A stretch of 64,000 nt of DNA from Pocillopora damicornis (lineage: Eukaryota). This document shows, piece after piece, positions 12,408-26,000 of the stretch. Position 1 is the first letter of the stretch; each line of letters starts with the position of its first letter. The notes below the pieces were generated by a model. The model was not told the DNA's origin. It worked only from the letters and a program-made list of their open reading frames with translations, and ran no database searches. Both the position numbers and the translations under genes were made by a program. The stretch is from assembly GCF_003704095.1 (NCBI RefSeq), contig NW_020846753.1:186001-250000 (forward strand), in the 5' to 3' direction.

Positions 12408-15400
12408 GATATGGTTCTCCAATGCAACAGCAATATGAGGCGTGCTTTCCTCCACTTAAAAATTCAAGTGTCGGTCTGGCCTTTGCAGATCCGTTGTACC
12501 GCTACAAACTAAAGATAGCTGCATCAACCCTTAAATTCTAGCAATTATTTCACGGCAGACAATATGGTCACTATGAAGAAATGATTTCATTGTCCTTTGC
12601 ATAACATCATTTCTCTCTGTAATGTATCTAACATTTTACGACTGTTAGAGTTCACTCAGGGTTAGGGGGAAAACACTATTGTTTACAAAAGCTAATACTA
12701 ATTGCCAAGTGCACGGAATGATTTGATCAACTGCGAACTTGAGGAATATCCTCTCGCTAAACCCATTAACGTAAACCATGTCGACATATAGTCTCTGCTG
12801 TTTCCTTCAAAACCTAAAATATTTCATACTTAACTATATAGTTGAAGATTGGAATGGATGGCTTAAATTTCTGATAAAGAATTGTCAAGCCGTCAAAAGG
12901 TTTTATATATTGCGCTATCAAAGTCCAAAAACGTACATACTTTTTTTTTTTCTTCAACTTCATTAATGACATCATTCCTCTTAAAATGATGACGCAAGCC
13001 TCCATTTGCTTTTTTTTTCTCATAAATCTGATCTCGTTGAGGCCTGAGTGTCTTTAAAATGTTAAAAAGCTAAGGTGAATCGATAAGAGAATTGCTAATA
13101 TATTACGCTATAGATGTTAGGAGTAGAAGTTGTTGAAAAGCAAAACTTCATAAAAAGGTTTTTATAACGAGCACATAAAGAGCGTAAGACAATGATTCAA
13201 GGGGCAGGCTACCCTCCAAGCTCCTGAGGTGACGTTTCTCTTTAAAATAAACGCCAAGACGTTCAGGAGGAAGGTTGGAAACGCGATGTAAACTATTTTT
13301 CACCCTTTTCGGCCCTACGAGACAAATATCCAAGGATTTTATCGGCCTCTTATGTCTTAGGTTGAATTTCCGGACGCTATTTTTGGCCTTATCATGAATA
13401 TCACTGGAAGACAATTGGTTTTTACCTTATCGCAGCATAAAAAATATACGATACAGCCTTAAACTTCGTAATTTTTGTTTTGCAAAGATTGTAAACAAAA
13501 ATGTTCCCAAGCACATCCAGTGCTGGTGGGACAAAAAGTCACTAAAATATCAACCTGAAGAAATGAGAGAACCACTCGAAATGTTGTACCTTGATATCCA
13601 GTCAAACGAAAGTTTTGTAGAGAGCATGTCACGGCTAAAAAAATTGATCTTAAATAATCGAGCAAGAAACTCGTGAAGGTTTCAAATAAATTAAGGTCAA
13701 TTTAACTACAGAATTCTGAGAAATCATAAGTCCACCGGTATTCAGCTCATTCACAGGAAAATGAGGAATTCTTCAATTCTGGGAAAGGAGACATAGATAA
13801 ATGATGAATAAATAGTAATAAATATTATTAATAAGTATTATTAAAAGTAATGTAGACTGTTGACTAGACATTTAACTATCAAGATTAAAAAAAGCAAATA
13901 ATTATGAAAAATTTGAAGGAAATTGTATTTGTGTCAGCTTGTAAAACGTCGTTGAGGCTAATATTTTTTTTGTCTTCGTCTCCAAATCTTAATGAATAAT
14001 TTTGAAAGACACTTTTCCCGAGAGATTTTCTATCTAAAAATAAATTGGAAGTTAAGAACTTAAATCAGGAAAAATGAGTCATTTTATCTTTTGTTGCATT
14101 TTTTAGAAGAGCTTACTATGCTGAGATGTGACAGAGTTACTGAAATTCGATTGACTATTATGCTCTTGTCTAAAGTAAAGCCAAGACAAGATTAAATATC
14201 ATTAATAACATAAAAGATCTGTCGGATCACAGAGGATAGATCTCTCTATAGCTGAATTTCTGCACAAAAAATTATTTGTCTTTTTTTACTATCCATGGTC
14301 AAATTACATCATAACAATCAGAAAAAATAGTCTTATTCGAGCTTTTGCAGACCGAAGCAGTCGGAAAGGAAGAAATAACATTTTGACCTCAGTAGACCCA
14401 ATAGTTAAGAAGAGTCTGCAATTAGCAAGCCACGAACTTTACTTTAGTGAAATGTCACTTCTCCTTTATTCTGAGCACATTTGTAGTCCAGCTTGTTTTA
14501 ACCAATTTATCTTTGTTAATCACATCAGCTAAAACATGTAGCAGCTACTTACATTTGAAACTGAATATTTAATGATCGATATAAAAGCTCTATACAGAAA
14601 CATTTTCCTTTCTCCATAAATTGGTGCGATCTAAAACTCTCGATTTTTACTGAAATCAGTTGAATGAAAGGCTATACAACCGTAATTAAGTTGATAGATC
14701 CAAGAGCAAGCAGAGCCTTTGCCTGATGAAGCACTATTCACTGTACACAATTATGCACACTCCTTTTATGAGCAATACATAGAATTTCCGCAACTTGTCC
14801 AGACAAAAAAAAATTAAAAAGGCTCTTATAATTCAATCTATGACAAGAGTTTCTTAGAGTAAGGAGGTTAATTAGACGTGTTACGAAGTAACGACTCAAG
14901 CAAACTCTAATACATTAATTACGTCGAAGCATGTTCCCATGTGCTTTAATTTAGCTCGGTGAATTGAAGGAAACTGTAAAGATTTTCATTATTAGGTTAA
15001 TTCTAAGCTTCATTTTTTGTTTAAATTGTTCTCACTTGTGAGAGTGAAGGGAGAATAGGCCGGTCATGCATGCATGTTAAAGGAAGGTAAAAAAATCAGA
15101 ACAAAAAAGCGATTGAAATAAAGAACATCTTGAAAAACGATATTGTTAAGACTCTTGCAAATGAACAGTATGACGAAGATGTCTGAATTTTAAAATTCGG
15201 CTTGACTTGACTTGCTCTGGCTTTGGGTACAACAAGTGGGTTGTAAATTTTGCAAATTTAATATATGCTCGTTTACCAGTCTTAACTGGGGTATGAAGAC
15301 ATTCTCAAAGCAGAAAGACTTGTCAGATGTCAAAAAAAAAGAAGAATTTTCAAAAAGTCAAAGGCAGAGACCTGTTTATTCATACGGCATGTTATTCAAT

Positions 15401-16421
15401 CCAATCCAACCTGGTCCAACATAAGGTGAAGCATTTTCAATGTTTGCGTTCTTCTTTTGTCTGAATCTTACACCCAAATAAACGATCTAAATATAGTTGA
15501 TGATTTTATATTTCTCGATGAATTGTTATGGAATGTTTATATCTAAAGGTAAATTTGTACCAGCAATTTCGCCAAATATAGATATAAACTGTTGAAATGC
15601 TCAATTGAAAGTGTAACCTTGATGTTTAGATCATTATCAGAATTAATTATACTTTTGGAGTTAGAGAAAATTTAATTTAGTTTGTGAAATCTTCCCAATA
15701 TTTTTCTAAATGAGGATATGCTTGCACGGAAGTCCTCGAGAGGGTTGATTTGTTTAAGTGGAGGGATGTAAAAAAATCCGATGGCCCTCGTTAGGCAGTA
15801 AGTGGATATTTGTTTTGAAGAAATGTGGCGCGCTTTAGATCAAAGAGATCTTCCCAAATGCTACTTAATTATACTAGCTCGGTGGCAGTTGGGATATTTC
15901 AATGATTTCTTTGTTAAATTTAAATAAATTGCAATATTTCTACAATTAAGGCATTTCTATCTCTTACGGTTTGTTAAATGTCTACTCCAGGAAAAATAGA
16001 TATAGTGTTAAGTAATTAAATTAAATTTAGTGATTAAATTGTTAGTTTCAGTAAATCCGAACAATTTAAAGCAATTTGGTATAATCTACCAAAGAAACAC
16101 AAACATATGTAAACTAATGTCAATGCCCTTTGGTCATGTTTCCTTCCATGATGATATTCATCCTCGCTAGCTTAAAGAGCTACAGAGATTTTTATGTAAA
16201 TTATTTTACGCGGCAAAAAGTGGCAAAGCCCCTTTTCAGTATTGATGTCGGTGATGCGTTTAAGTTTGTCGCTTGCTAAGTAAAATATTAGTGACGCCGA
16301 TTAAAACCTACTTAAGAAAAAAGAGTCAACTAAAAATAACACTGAGGAGCAGGATTGGTGGCGATTAATTCGGTATTGCTGCACAAATTTGTAAGAGTCC
16401 CTCAATATCATCAAAGTTTCT

Positions 16422-16460
16422 GATTGGCCGATAGAGACTATATATATCGTGTTTATAAAT
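16422..16460 (+). promoter_or_regulatory. Reverse CCAAT (GATTGG) and TATA box upstream of gene C
   Basis: GATTGG at 16422-16427 and TATAAAT at 16454-16460, ~75 bp before the ATG. Confidence 0.5.
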
Positions 16461-16530
16461 CGAGTATCAAACCTGGCCATCTCCAGAAGACCTGAGGTGT
16501 GTAACGAGACAATTTTACGGACAACAGAAG

Positions 16531-19500
16531 ATGAATTCTTTCCTCCTCGCCTTGACGGTAAGCAAAAAAGTTCATCACGTTCTTGTCGATTGTTTGTATG
16601 AAAACTTCAACTGCACTCTTCTACTTTAGTATCAATCTATTTTTTGACACAAACTGCATGGCTATGCACAATTGCTATCGATAGTTTGTGCTACATATTA
16701 CCTATTCCACTTTAGATGAAAGCAGTTGTTTTCTTTTTTCAGTTTTGCGACTGTAGAGAATAGAGTTTTCTGATAACAGATTTTTCCATGCGAGACTCGT
16801 TAAGTCCAGCCAGTCTCATAACTCTTGAACTCAGTTCTTTGATCACTTATTTGCCAAACACGTACTTCCTTCAAAGCCGCTACAATCCAAATAACAATAT
16901 AATTATAGACAATGCATTTTTTTTCAGTCTCGCCTAACTTAAATCATTCATCATTTTTCTTTTCTATCACAATATTTGAAATCTATCAATTTGTCATCGA
17001 GGCAATAAACAGCCCCTTTTCTTGTACAACTTTTTCCACGCATGCAGCGCGCGGAAACTTCATTCGCTCATGATCTGCTCACTTGTATTTTTTCAAGTGT
17101 AAAACAAAAAAAGTAAACTTGATTAAATGGCAACAGCAATAATTTATCTGCCCAAAACTATCGAGGAATTTTCATTTACCAGAAGTTTTAATGCTCGTTT
17201 TTATATTACAACTGGGCAAGTTTTGTAAACTTTCTCTTCCTACCTTATGAATTTTGGCACGCCCATATCGTTATATGTATATCGCCATAAGGACTTCTGC
17301 TTTAATGGCTAAGCATTTTAGGTAGTTATTTATATTTTCTGGCAAAGAATTCAAATGCAAAATTATAAAATGTAGTTTGGAAGAATGGTTTAAAGTAACG
17401 ATTCTTGACTCTGACCTAAGCAATGCATTATATAGTAGAGGTAACAGCACAACTTTTCCTTCCAGACACCATGTAGACTTCATTCCATAACTGTCGGCAA
17501 TTCTAATGAAAACTTTCAAATTTTGGTAGGCGGTGATAACATTCACATGTACCGTAGAATCCGCACCACATCCTAATTTGGTGGATACGGATAATGATCA
17601 TTTCCTTAAACACCAAGAACAAGGTATGAAATCACAAATGGAATTGAACCAATATAAAAACACGAGTTGCCTTGAGGTTACGTGTTTATTCTGTGTGTTA
17701 GATCATTGGACCCTTTTAAACCCAAAATCTGGTCAGTTTATTTCCCCTCAAATTTCTACTAAGTATTTGGGAGAGTTTTATTTCAAATCAAGATAACCCA
17801 GTCTTATGCAAAGTAACTTTACCCATACCTTTTGACTGCCTGTTGGTTTATGTTTGAAATTGATACTAAAGGTCGCATATGAATCATGTCTGAGTGTTAT
17901 TGTAATTTGGCAGTGACAACACGCAGTTTTCAGCAAAACATTTTTTTGTTTTTTTTTTTGTTTTCTGGTTTTTGTTTTCAAGTTGTTATCAAAATGACAC
18001 ACAGGTAATGGCAAAACAAGGCAGCGTGAGTTTGTGATCCTTTCAAGTTTCTTCTTCCCAAATTATCCTTCTTTCTTCATTTTACAATTTTTTCTGTTAC
18101 AATTATTCGTCAAACTCGTTTTCCAGCTCCAGTAGCTCCCACAGGCTTGAAATGTTACATTTGCTCCGAGAATTGTTCCATAACTCAGACTCCAGGTAGT
18201 GGCTGCAGACCCGGCCGTAGCTGTTACTCCGTACATGCTTTTGATACCGCCCTGAACAAGTCTGTGACAAGAAAAGGATGTATTCCTGAATTCTTCTGCA
18301 CTCAGAACCGAGCATGCGTGTTTTTGAACCAATCTCGATCTGGTGCATTGAGATCGTGTTCCATCAGTTGCTGTAGTACTCCGTTATGTAATGGTCCACC
18401 TCTTCCGACGACTCAACCCATAACGACCACAGCACCACCAACCACGACCACTGCACCTCCGACGACACTCCCGACGACAGTTCCGACAACTGTGCCGACC
18501 ACAGCACCAACTACAGCCCCAATTCTACCCGGTAATTATGAAACTAATCACCGGTTGAAAATTTTGTTTGCTGTAAATTATAAGATATCGGATGAGCATT
18601 TCTTGGCAGTTACATTGGCTTGTATTACAGTAACACTCCAAGTCGGAAAGGTTAAATGTTGATGCCCAAACCTTTTTTGTAGGTCGTATGGATTTCCGAA
18701 TATTCCTTCACAATTCGTCCACTTTGGGACTATTCAGTTAAAATTCAATATCGCAAATTAATTAATCAAAAGAGGAGGATCACGGATCAGTTATAAAAGA
18801 GGCATTAAAACAACCCTTTATAGAAACATTGCCGAAAATTCGAAATTATGAATACAACATAAAATTCCTTAACTATCAAACACGCCACACAAATCTAAAT
18901 GATTCTCTAGCCATCGAACTGAGTGCATGATAAACGAACTTTTGTTTTGATATTGTTTTTCTTTTATTGCACGACAATATTTTTAAGATATTGGAGATTA
19001 TTTATTTCTGTTTTTCAGGGGTATGCGGAGGTCCACTTGCTCCTCCATCTGGATACTTTTCCTCTCCATTTTACCCACGCAGTTACCCCAACAATGCTAA
19101 TTGCGTTTGGACGATTATGGTTCCACGCGGGTCTGTTTTAAAGATAGATTTTCTCGCCTTTGACACCGAAGAATGGTGAATGAATAGATTTTCCTTGTTT
19201 TATTGCTTGAAACTCAATATATTTAGCCCTCTTTCATTTTCGTTGAAATGGTTTCGGTGACCTTCTTGGCATATCCTAAATTCTCTAACAGACTAGCCTA
19301 GGCGTAAATGGATAAGCATAGAATTAGCGTAAAGAAATACAAGGGGAAACAATCGTCGCCAAAAAAGGTTTAACTGTGGGGACTTNNNNNNNNNNNNNNN
19401 NNNNNNNNNNNNNGGGGAAAGAAAATTACAGTGCCTTATTTCTTCATCAAAATAAATTTTGTTGTGACGCAACCCAAATCCTCTGACACCACTACCGCCC

Positions 19501-22144
19501 GGGTGATGAATAATGACCGGTACCTAAATGGAATGAGATAACTGAAGGACTTGGGTGCTCTAAAACTGTTTTTATTTCATGTTATCTAATAGAGCCATTC
19601 AAAGACTGTGGCATCATCTTCACAGTATAGTCTATTTTTTTCTACAGCTTTGATTCCCTTCATATATATGTGGGTAGAAGGTTGGTTCATCGTCTTTCCG
19701 GGGACGACGCTGACGATGATGATGATGATGATAGATTTGAGAAATGTGAGAAGGATGACAAAGATGACGGTGATGACGGAGAAGGTATATTTGGCTGGTA
19801 CTTCAACCGAGATGAGGAGCTTGAAGATGAATCTGTCACTATTCAGGGAACAGGAGAGATGATAAGACTCGTTTTTATGTCAGATTACAGCATTACCAAG
19901 AGAGGATTCTATGCTAAATACAGTGTAATGAAAGGTAATTTCATGTGGCGTAAATAAAGATTAAGCCTTCTAGATAAATGGTTAGAGTCTGAGTAGCACT
20001 TCGAGAGGTATTTGAGGAACTTGCGTTGAATTTTGGGACACCATCACAGATCAAACAGTTTTTGAAGCAATCCTCAATGAACTGTAATTCATCAGCACCC
20101 ACCGAGGGTTTGGATACGATATTGCTAGGTTCATTATGTTTCGAGATTTTTACTTAAGCGAAGATTTCACATTAAACAGGTAGAAAAAAATATTTTATTG
20201 TGTTTAGGAAAGTAAATATACACTGCATATTGTTAGGATTATGATCTTTTAGGTTTAAAGGAGATTTGATTGAAAGACCATATGCATTGTTTGATCCCTG
20301 GTCCTTAACTTCTGAGGATGGATACGCTGTTGGAATGAGACTTGAACATGTCCACATGTTTCGAAATATTGACACATGCCATCGACTGAAACACTAGCAC
20401 TAACATCATATCTTTGTGAATTACAAAATGAATTTCAAATTAAACCAATGTTGAAAATTATAACCAGTTATCACTATCACCGTGGCCACTTATCGCTGAT
20501 CATTTAGAAAAAATTCAACATTTTGTTTTTCCTTCGCATTAGCGATTTGTGGAGGCCCATTGGCGTTGCCATCCGGAACCTTCAGATCCCCTGGCTACCC
20601 CGGCAAGTATCCGGACGACGTTAAATGCATCTGGACAATTAGAGTTCCACCAGGATCTACACTGGAATTAGATTTTCGATTCTTCAAAACTGAAAAATGG
20701 TAAACATTAGTGCTCTAACCTTGTTAGAGTGCCTTCCCCCACTTGAATGTCGTGAGACCAAAAGACAAAAAGAGGAAAATATAAAAAAAAACTTAAGAGC
20801 GGTAAACGCGCATGAAAAAGACATGTTTGGCTTTAGAGATGCATTAGAGAGAGTAACGTTAATTTTCTGAATGAATCATTAGGCGAAGTTCATTATAATC
20901 GTTCTCTCTTGGATTGTTTGGGCTGTCAATTGGATTCTAGGACTGTTAGCGACAATCGGTTGAGTTTCGAGAATTTAAAAAATTTAGAACCAAGTTGCTA
21001 CTTCATTCAGAGCCGAACAAAAGTTTTTTTGTTGTTTTTTTGTTTCCCAGCGATGATTACCTCAAAATTTTGCAAGGGGGCCGCAAAATACGAAAACTAA
21101 GTGGTGTTTACAGATACAGCTTGTTTGGATGGGGGAATAATGATGACGACGATTGTGACGATGATGACAAGGATGGCGAAGATGGCGAAGAAGGTGAAGA
21201 TGATGAATATGTTGGTGAAGATCGTTCCAAAAGGTTCATCTTCCCAGTACAGAGGTTTCCCTCTCCAGTAAGGAATCGTCTTGGTTTTCCAACGAGAGGC
21301 CGCATTGGCGCCCCATATGTTACACGAGTCCTTATTCCAGGAACGGGAGAGCTGATATCGATTGTCTTCAAATCCGATGACGACGATGTCACTGAAAAGG
21401 GTTTTGAAGCAACGTATCGTGTTAGACCAGGTGTGTTAATGTACACTGAAAGTTTCCTATCTTTTTATGCTTGGAATTGACTCTGTTTGTAACCATGGCA
21501 CTTTCTACATTGCTGATCAAGGACACTCGTCATTAAGTTCTCTATAGCACTATAGTAGAGTATGGGAGAGGAAAATTACAACGTCGATTCATATAAAGGG
21601 ACTAAGATGTTATCTTTAACATTTCGTTCGAAATGCAAAGAAACACAACTATGTTTTCTTCTTTTAAGGTTTTACCATTGTTCGTACCCCTGCGATGCGT
21701 CGCCTTCTTCTGTATTTCTTTCCCTCAATGTCACTTCACCAACATAAGAATTTCGTCCAGTTTAGATGAATGTTTAAATTCAGTCTTTCGTATAATAGAC
21801 TCTCTTTCCCCTTTTACTTCTTGATCCTTCAATATTTATCTGTATTGGTAAGAAAAACACGAGCTGAAATTCATTCAATTGAAGATATAAGACAAAAAAA
21901 ATTAATGTCTTTCATCGAACATTTTATTATTTTCATCTCAAAATTCACTTACAAATCATAATTTTAAACGAATTACCGATTCGTCGAATATCAAAATTTT
22001 TATTTATCCTTTCAAAAACCAGCAACTGAAGAAAAAAATTCAATTGAAGCTTCAAGTTCTATATTCTTGCTTTTGAATTGTAATTTGCAGTTATTAAATG
22101 TCATCTGTTCTCTATCTATTGCAGGGTCAGCTTTTCACGGTTGA
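16531..22144 (+). CDS. Gene C: secreted LU-mucin-CUB-CUB protein with acidic inserts (~508 aa)
   Basis: Exons 16531-16557 (MNSFLLALT), 17530-17623, 18127-18531 (12-Cys LU, CCSTPLCN, Thr/Pro stalk), 19019-19175, 19648-19934, 20543-20699, 21051-21430 and 22125-22144 (GSAFHG*). Total 1527 nt, open frame, with CUB motifs CGG..SP.YP..YP....C.W and F.SD....GF.A.Y. Confidence 0.88.
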
Positions 22145-22915
22145 CCAGAAGACACGAAGGAAACAGAATTTGAAAGATGTTTTATCTGATCACAATTCTG
22201 GAATTACATCTCATCCTCTAATATTTTAGTAAAATTTTCTTCGTATTTTTGTTCAAAGTACTAGATCTGGTGTTGTAACTTGCTGTGGAAAGCCCATATC
22301 AAGACTGAGATCTCTTCACGTACATATAATTACTGTGGATCTTCTTAACAGTGGATCGAGTTCTATGTGTTTCTTGCCAATTAACAATTGTACAACTATA
22401 CAGTTTGTCACTTTTAGAACTTTGACAACGTCACCTGGCGTGAAAATGATGCAGTTTGGGGCGAAGCTGTATAAGAATATATATATCTTTAATGCAGGGG
22501 ATTTCATTCTAGCAAAATTTTGGATTTCAACAATTAAACTTTACAAAAAAAAAGTCAGTTTTGTATTTTTACTCACAGATTATAGTGTATCAGTATCCTC
22601 ATTCAATACTTAACAATATAGAAATATCACCATCAGCCGTTATTCACAATAGTGGTGATTAAGCACCTCAGACAGACAACACAGATTCAATTTTAAATCA
22701 AATCCCAACACGTATTGTATGTCTAAAAAGCCTAAAGGAGTTAGAAATTCTTATAAGAATATTTTATTTTCAGTCGGTATTTTGTTGACGCATAAAAGTA
22801 TTTACTTAATCAATGATATTTTACTTAAGGGTAGCGTCAGTGAATGACTTACATCTAATTGGAGTTGTCTTAGCTAAACCGCAACAATTCACGTGACTCT
22901 TCTCCCGGTCAATAT

Positions 22916-22923
22916 TATATAAA
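22916..22923 (+). promoter_or_regulatory. TATA box upstream of gene D
   Basis: TATATAAA ~120 bp upstream of ATG 23037. Confidence 0.45.
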
Positions 22924-23036
22924 GAGATCATGCAATCACTGTTAGTACGAAGAATTTTATTTGCTGACGGAGCCGGAACATGCTGTTAATTTGAGGAAAC
23001 AGAAAGTTTGGGAAGAGACGTAAAAACCAAATTGAT

Positions 23037-26000
23037 ATGAAGAAAATCCTGCTTGTCCTGGTAAGGTTCTCATCGCTTGGGACACGTTATTTTCTGTGTA
23101 TCATTGAGCCTATCAGCTCGTACAATAATCATTCGTACCTGGGTAAAACAGTTTTGAACTTAGGCATAATTGCCTTTGAGATAGGAAATGGCGCCATTCA
23201 ATATATTCAGTATAAAAAATCATACCCCCAACCAGGTCCCGCATTACACATAGATGAAACAAGGGTGTAAGGTACTAAAGAAACTGTGGGACTGGGTCTG
23301 AGAGTACTGTAAGTCAATTTGGTTTTGTCAGCTGAGTTGATGATGTAAAATGGCCACCGTAAAGAAAGCAGCTGACGTTTCGAGCTTTACTCCTTCGTCA
23401 GAGCAAATGAATTTCAAATGAAATCTCTCTGAAAAAGGACTAGAGTTCAAAACAAAAACTTTAGAATCTGCTTGCGGTGGCCAATTTGCATCATCACCTC
23501 AGCTGAAAAAAATTAATTAGCCATCACTGATACAGCGACGTTTGATTGAGTATTTTCATTACCGAGACTAGTGCTGCTGGATCTATCAGTTTGAGGGAAA
23601 CTGGAATCATTTGCGCTCACTGAGTTGCTTGAAAATGAAATTTTATGGATAGCCCATCTAGAAAATGAAGGGGAAAAAAGCTATCCATATTACTTCTTTT
23701 AACTGGTTCAAAAACAGTCCCTCATTTAAAACACATTTATGTTTCACGATGCCTATATAAGTTGTTTATCCAATGGTATTGCACTTAACGATTAAACTCC
23801 CTTTTCCTTGTATTGAATGTCAATATATCTATTCCCTCCACCGACAAAACTTTTGTGACCACTTTGACTAAATGCGCTCATCTAAAGTTACATGAATAGA
23901 GTTAGTCAAAAATCATTTGATGATTCTATGGAAATTTCAAAACTCCGGCGGACGACACAAAGAAAAGTGAAGCATAGAAAGCCATTATTCTGCTCTATAG
24001 CAGAGATCAGTACAAGTCATTGTGATGAATTAACTGTGTGCCAATGTAGTTGTAAGACTGGATAGTTTTGTGTGCACATTTGTATCCACATGTCTAGCGG
24101 CCAAGTACATTAAAGCTGACAGAAGATATTTAATTTAAACGCGTATAGCTTGGTCGCAACATCAATATCACCATATGCATGCCCATCATGATCACGATGA
24201 AAATTCAATTTTATAGCAATTTTGTAGCATTGTAGTCGAAGCTACTCTCAGTTTGCACATCAATGAAACATTAACTCAAATCTTAAGCTTTGGACTCCTT
24301 AAAATTGTTTCTGAGTATGACTGTTTCCGATGTAAACGACACTGGTTATGTTGTTCATGTGATTTCAGTCTTCTTATATTTTCTTCTCACAGGAGTTGGA
24401 AATAAAAAACCAAAACTTTCCACATAAATGCTTAAGCTTCTACTTTGACTATGTAATGTAGGATTGGATGTAGATTCACTCGGTTCCGGTCGCGATTTTA
24501 TGTAAATCGTTTTTGACTACACCGATTAAGAAACTGATGCATTATGGCACGACGTTAAGAAACGCAAAAGGGCAATAACTGTGAAAATTTTTTGGCTAAA
24601 TAAAAAGCTCAAAACAAAACATGACGGCTCCATAGGGAGAAACGGTTACTAAGTAGCATGAGCGGTCACCAAACAGATTCTCTCTTAGAGATTTTATGTT
24701 GTGTTAAGTTTGATGCAAGAAATGAGATGTAAAGAGGTAGTTTGAACCGGGGAATTACTTTTGATCTTGTGGTCTGATCGCCTAGGTGAGAGTAGTCTTG
24801 TGAAGGACTGATGTCGGTAGTAGTGACTGACGCATTGAGTTCGACAACATTAGCGCAAGTTATCACCAGAGACGAGGGCTCTCGTGCGCCACTTAAATTC
24901 TTTGTTCTTCTATTTTTTTTTTCTTATTCCACTGAAGTGTTTATCATATTGCTAGTTTAATAACAACTTGAGATGATACGTTTTGGTAGATGCTGATGAC
25001 ATCATATTCAGCGGAAGGTGACTCGGTGCACGCTTCTATTCATAACTGGACAACTGATCTCGAGGACCTGGAGCTGAAAACCTTGCGACAAATTCAAGAA
25101 CAAGGTAGAAAGTACGACAGATTCATGTATTCTTGGGCATCAAGTTTAAGTGTATTTCTGATCGTGTTGATCGATTAAGAGGCTAATTTGCTCCTTCCCA
25201 GCTCTTTTGAAACACAAATAATTCTGCATTGAACATACTTAACCATCCATTAAAAAAAACAGTGATGATTACATAAAAACGTATGTTTCTTTTGATCCTT
25301 AACTCAAAAGATCCAACAGAAAAAGAAGAAAATTTATCCCAGCCACAAGTAAAGCAAACATAGCATTCTCACCCTCAATTTGGCACAATATTTTTTTGGA
25401 CCTGTTTGTTGTCGTTGTTGTACAAGGGAAGACAGGCAGTAAATGTTAGTCTGTTGTCGTGTCTTGTTCGAGTAAGCCTGCTCTTTCTCTCTTTAACTCA
25501 AATCCAACACCTGTTTCAGCTCCTATGCGTCTTAGATGTCACGTTTGTTTAGAACCCGTTTCATTGGAGAATTGCACAACTGCAGAAACACTGCGACTTT
25601 GCGAAAGAGGCTTTCGCTGCTACAACCTACAGGCATTTGACACTGCTCGGAACGCCCACATCTTTGCTAAAGGATGTCTTCAAAGTATTCTTTGCGCTCA
25701 AAATCGTGGATGTGATTTCCTTAACTTATCTCGTAATGGTTCCATTGGGTTCTGTTCGTTGGAATGCTGTCATACACAAGAGTGCAATGCTCAACCGAGG
25801 GTTTCATCTACAGCTCCACCACCACCGATGATCACAGAACGACCTACAACTGCAGGGTCAGTTCCTGTGACTCCATCAGGTAAATTCGTCAAGTGCAAGC
25901 AGCAGTTTCATCTGCTGTATATTGTAAATGAAGAATAATGGAAGCATCTCATGCATGCAAACAGCATCAAACAAGAGAGAAGATTAAGAGAAAGGTTTTG

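Noticed and set aside
12420-16400. Hidden fifth paralogue between genes B and C
   Set aside because: I found no LU, CUB or signal exons by eye on either strand.
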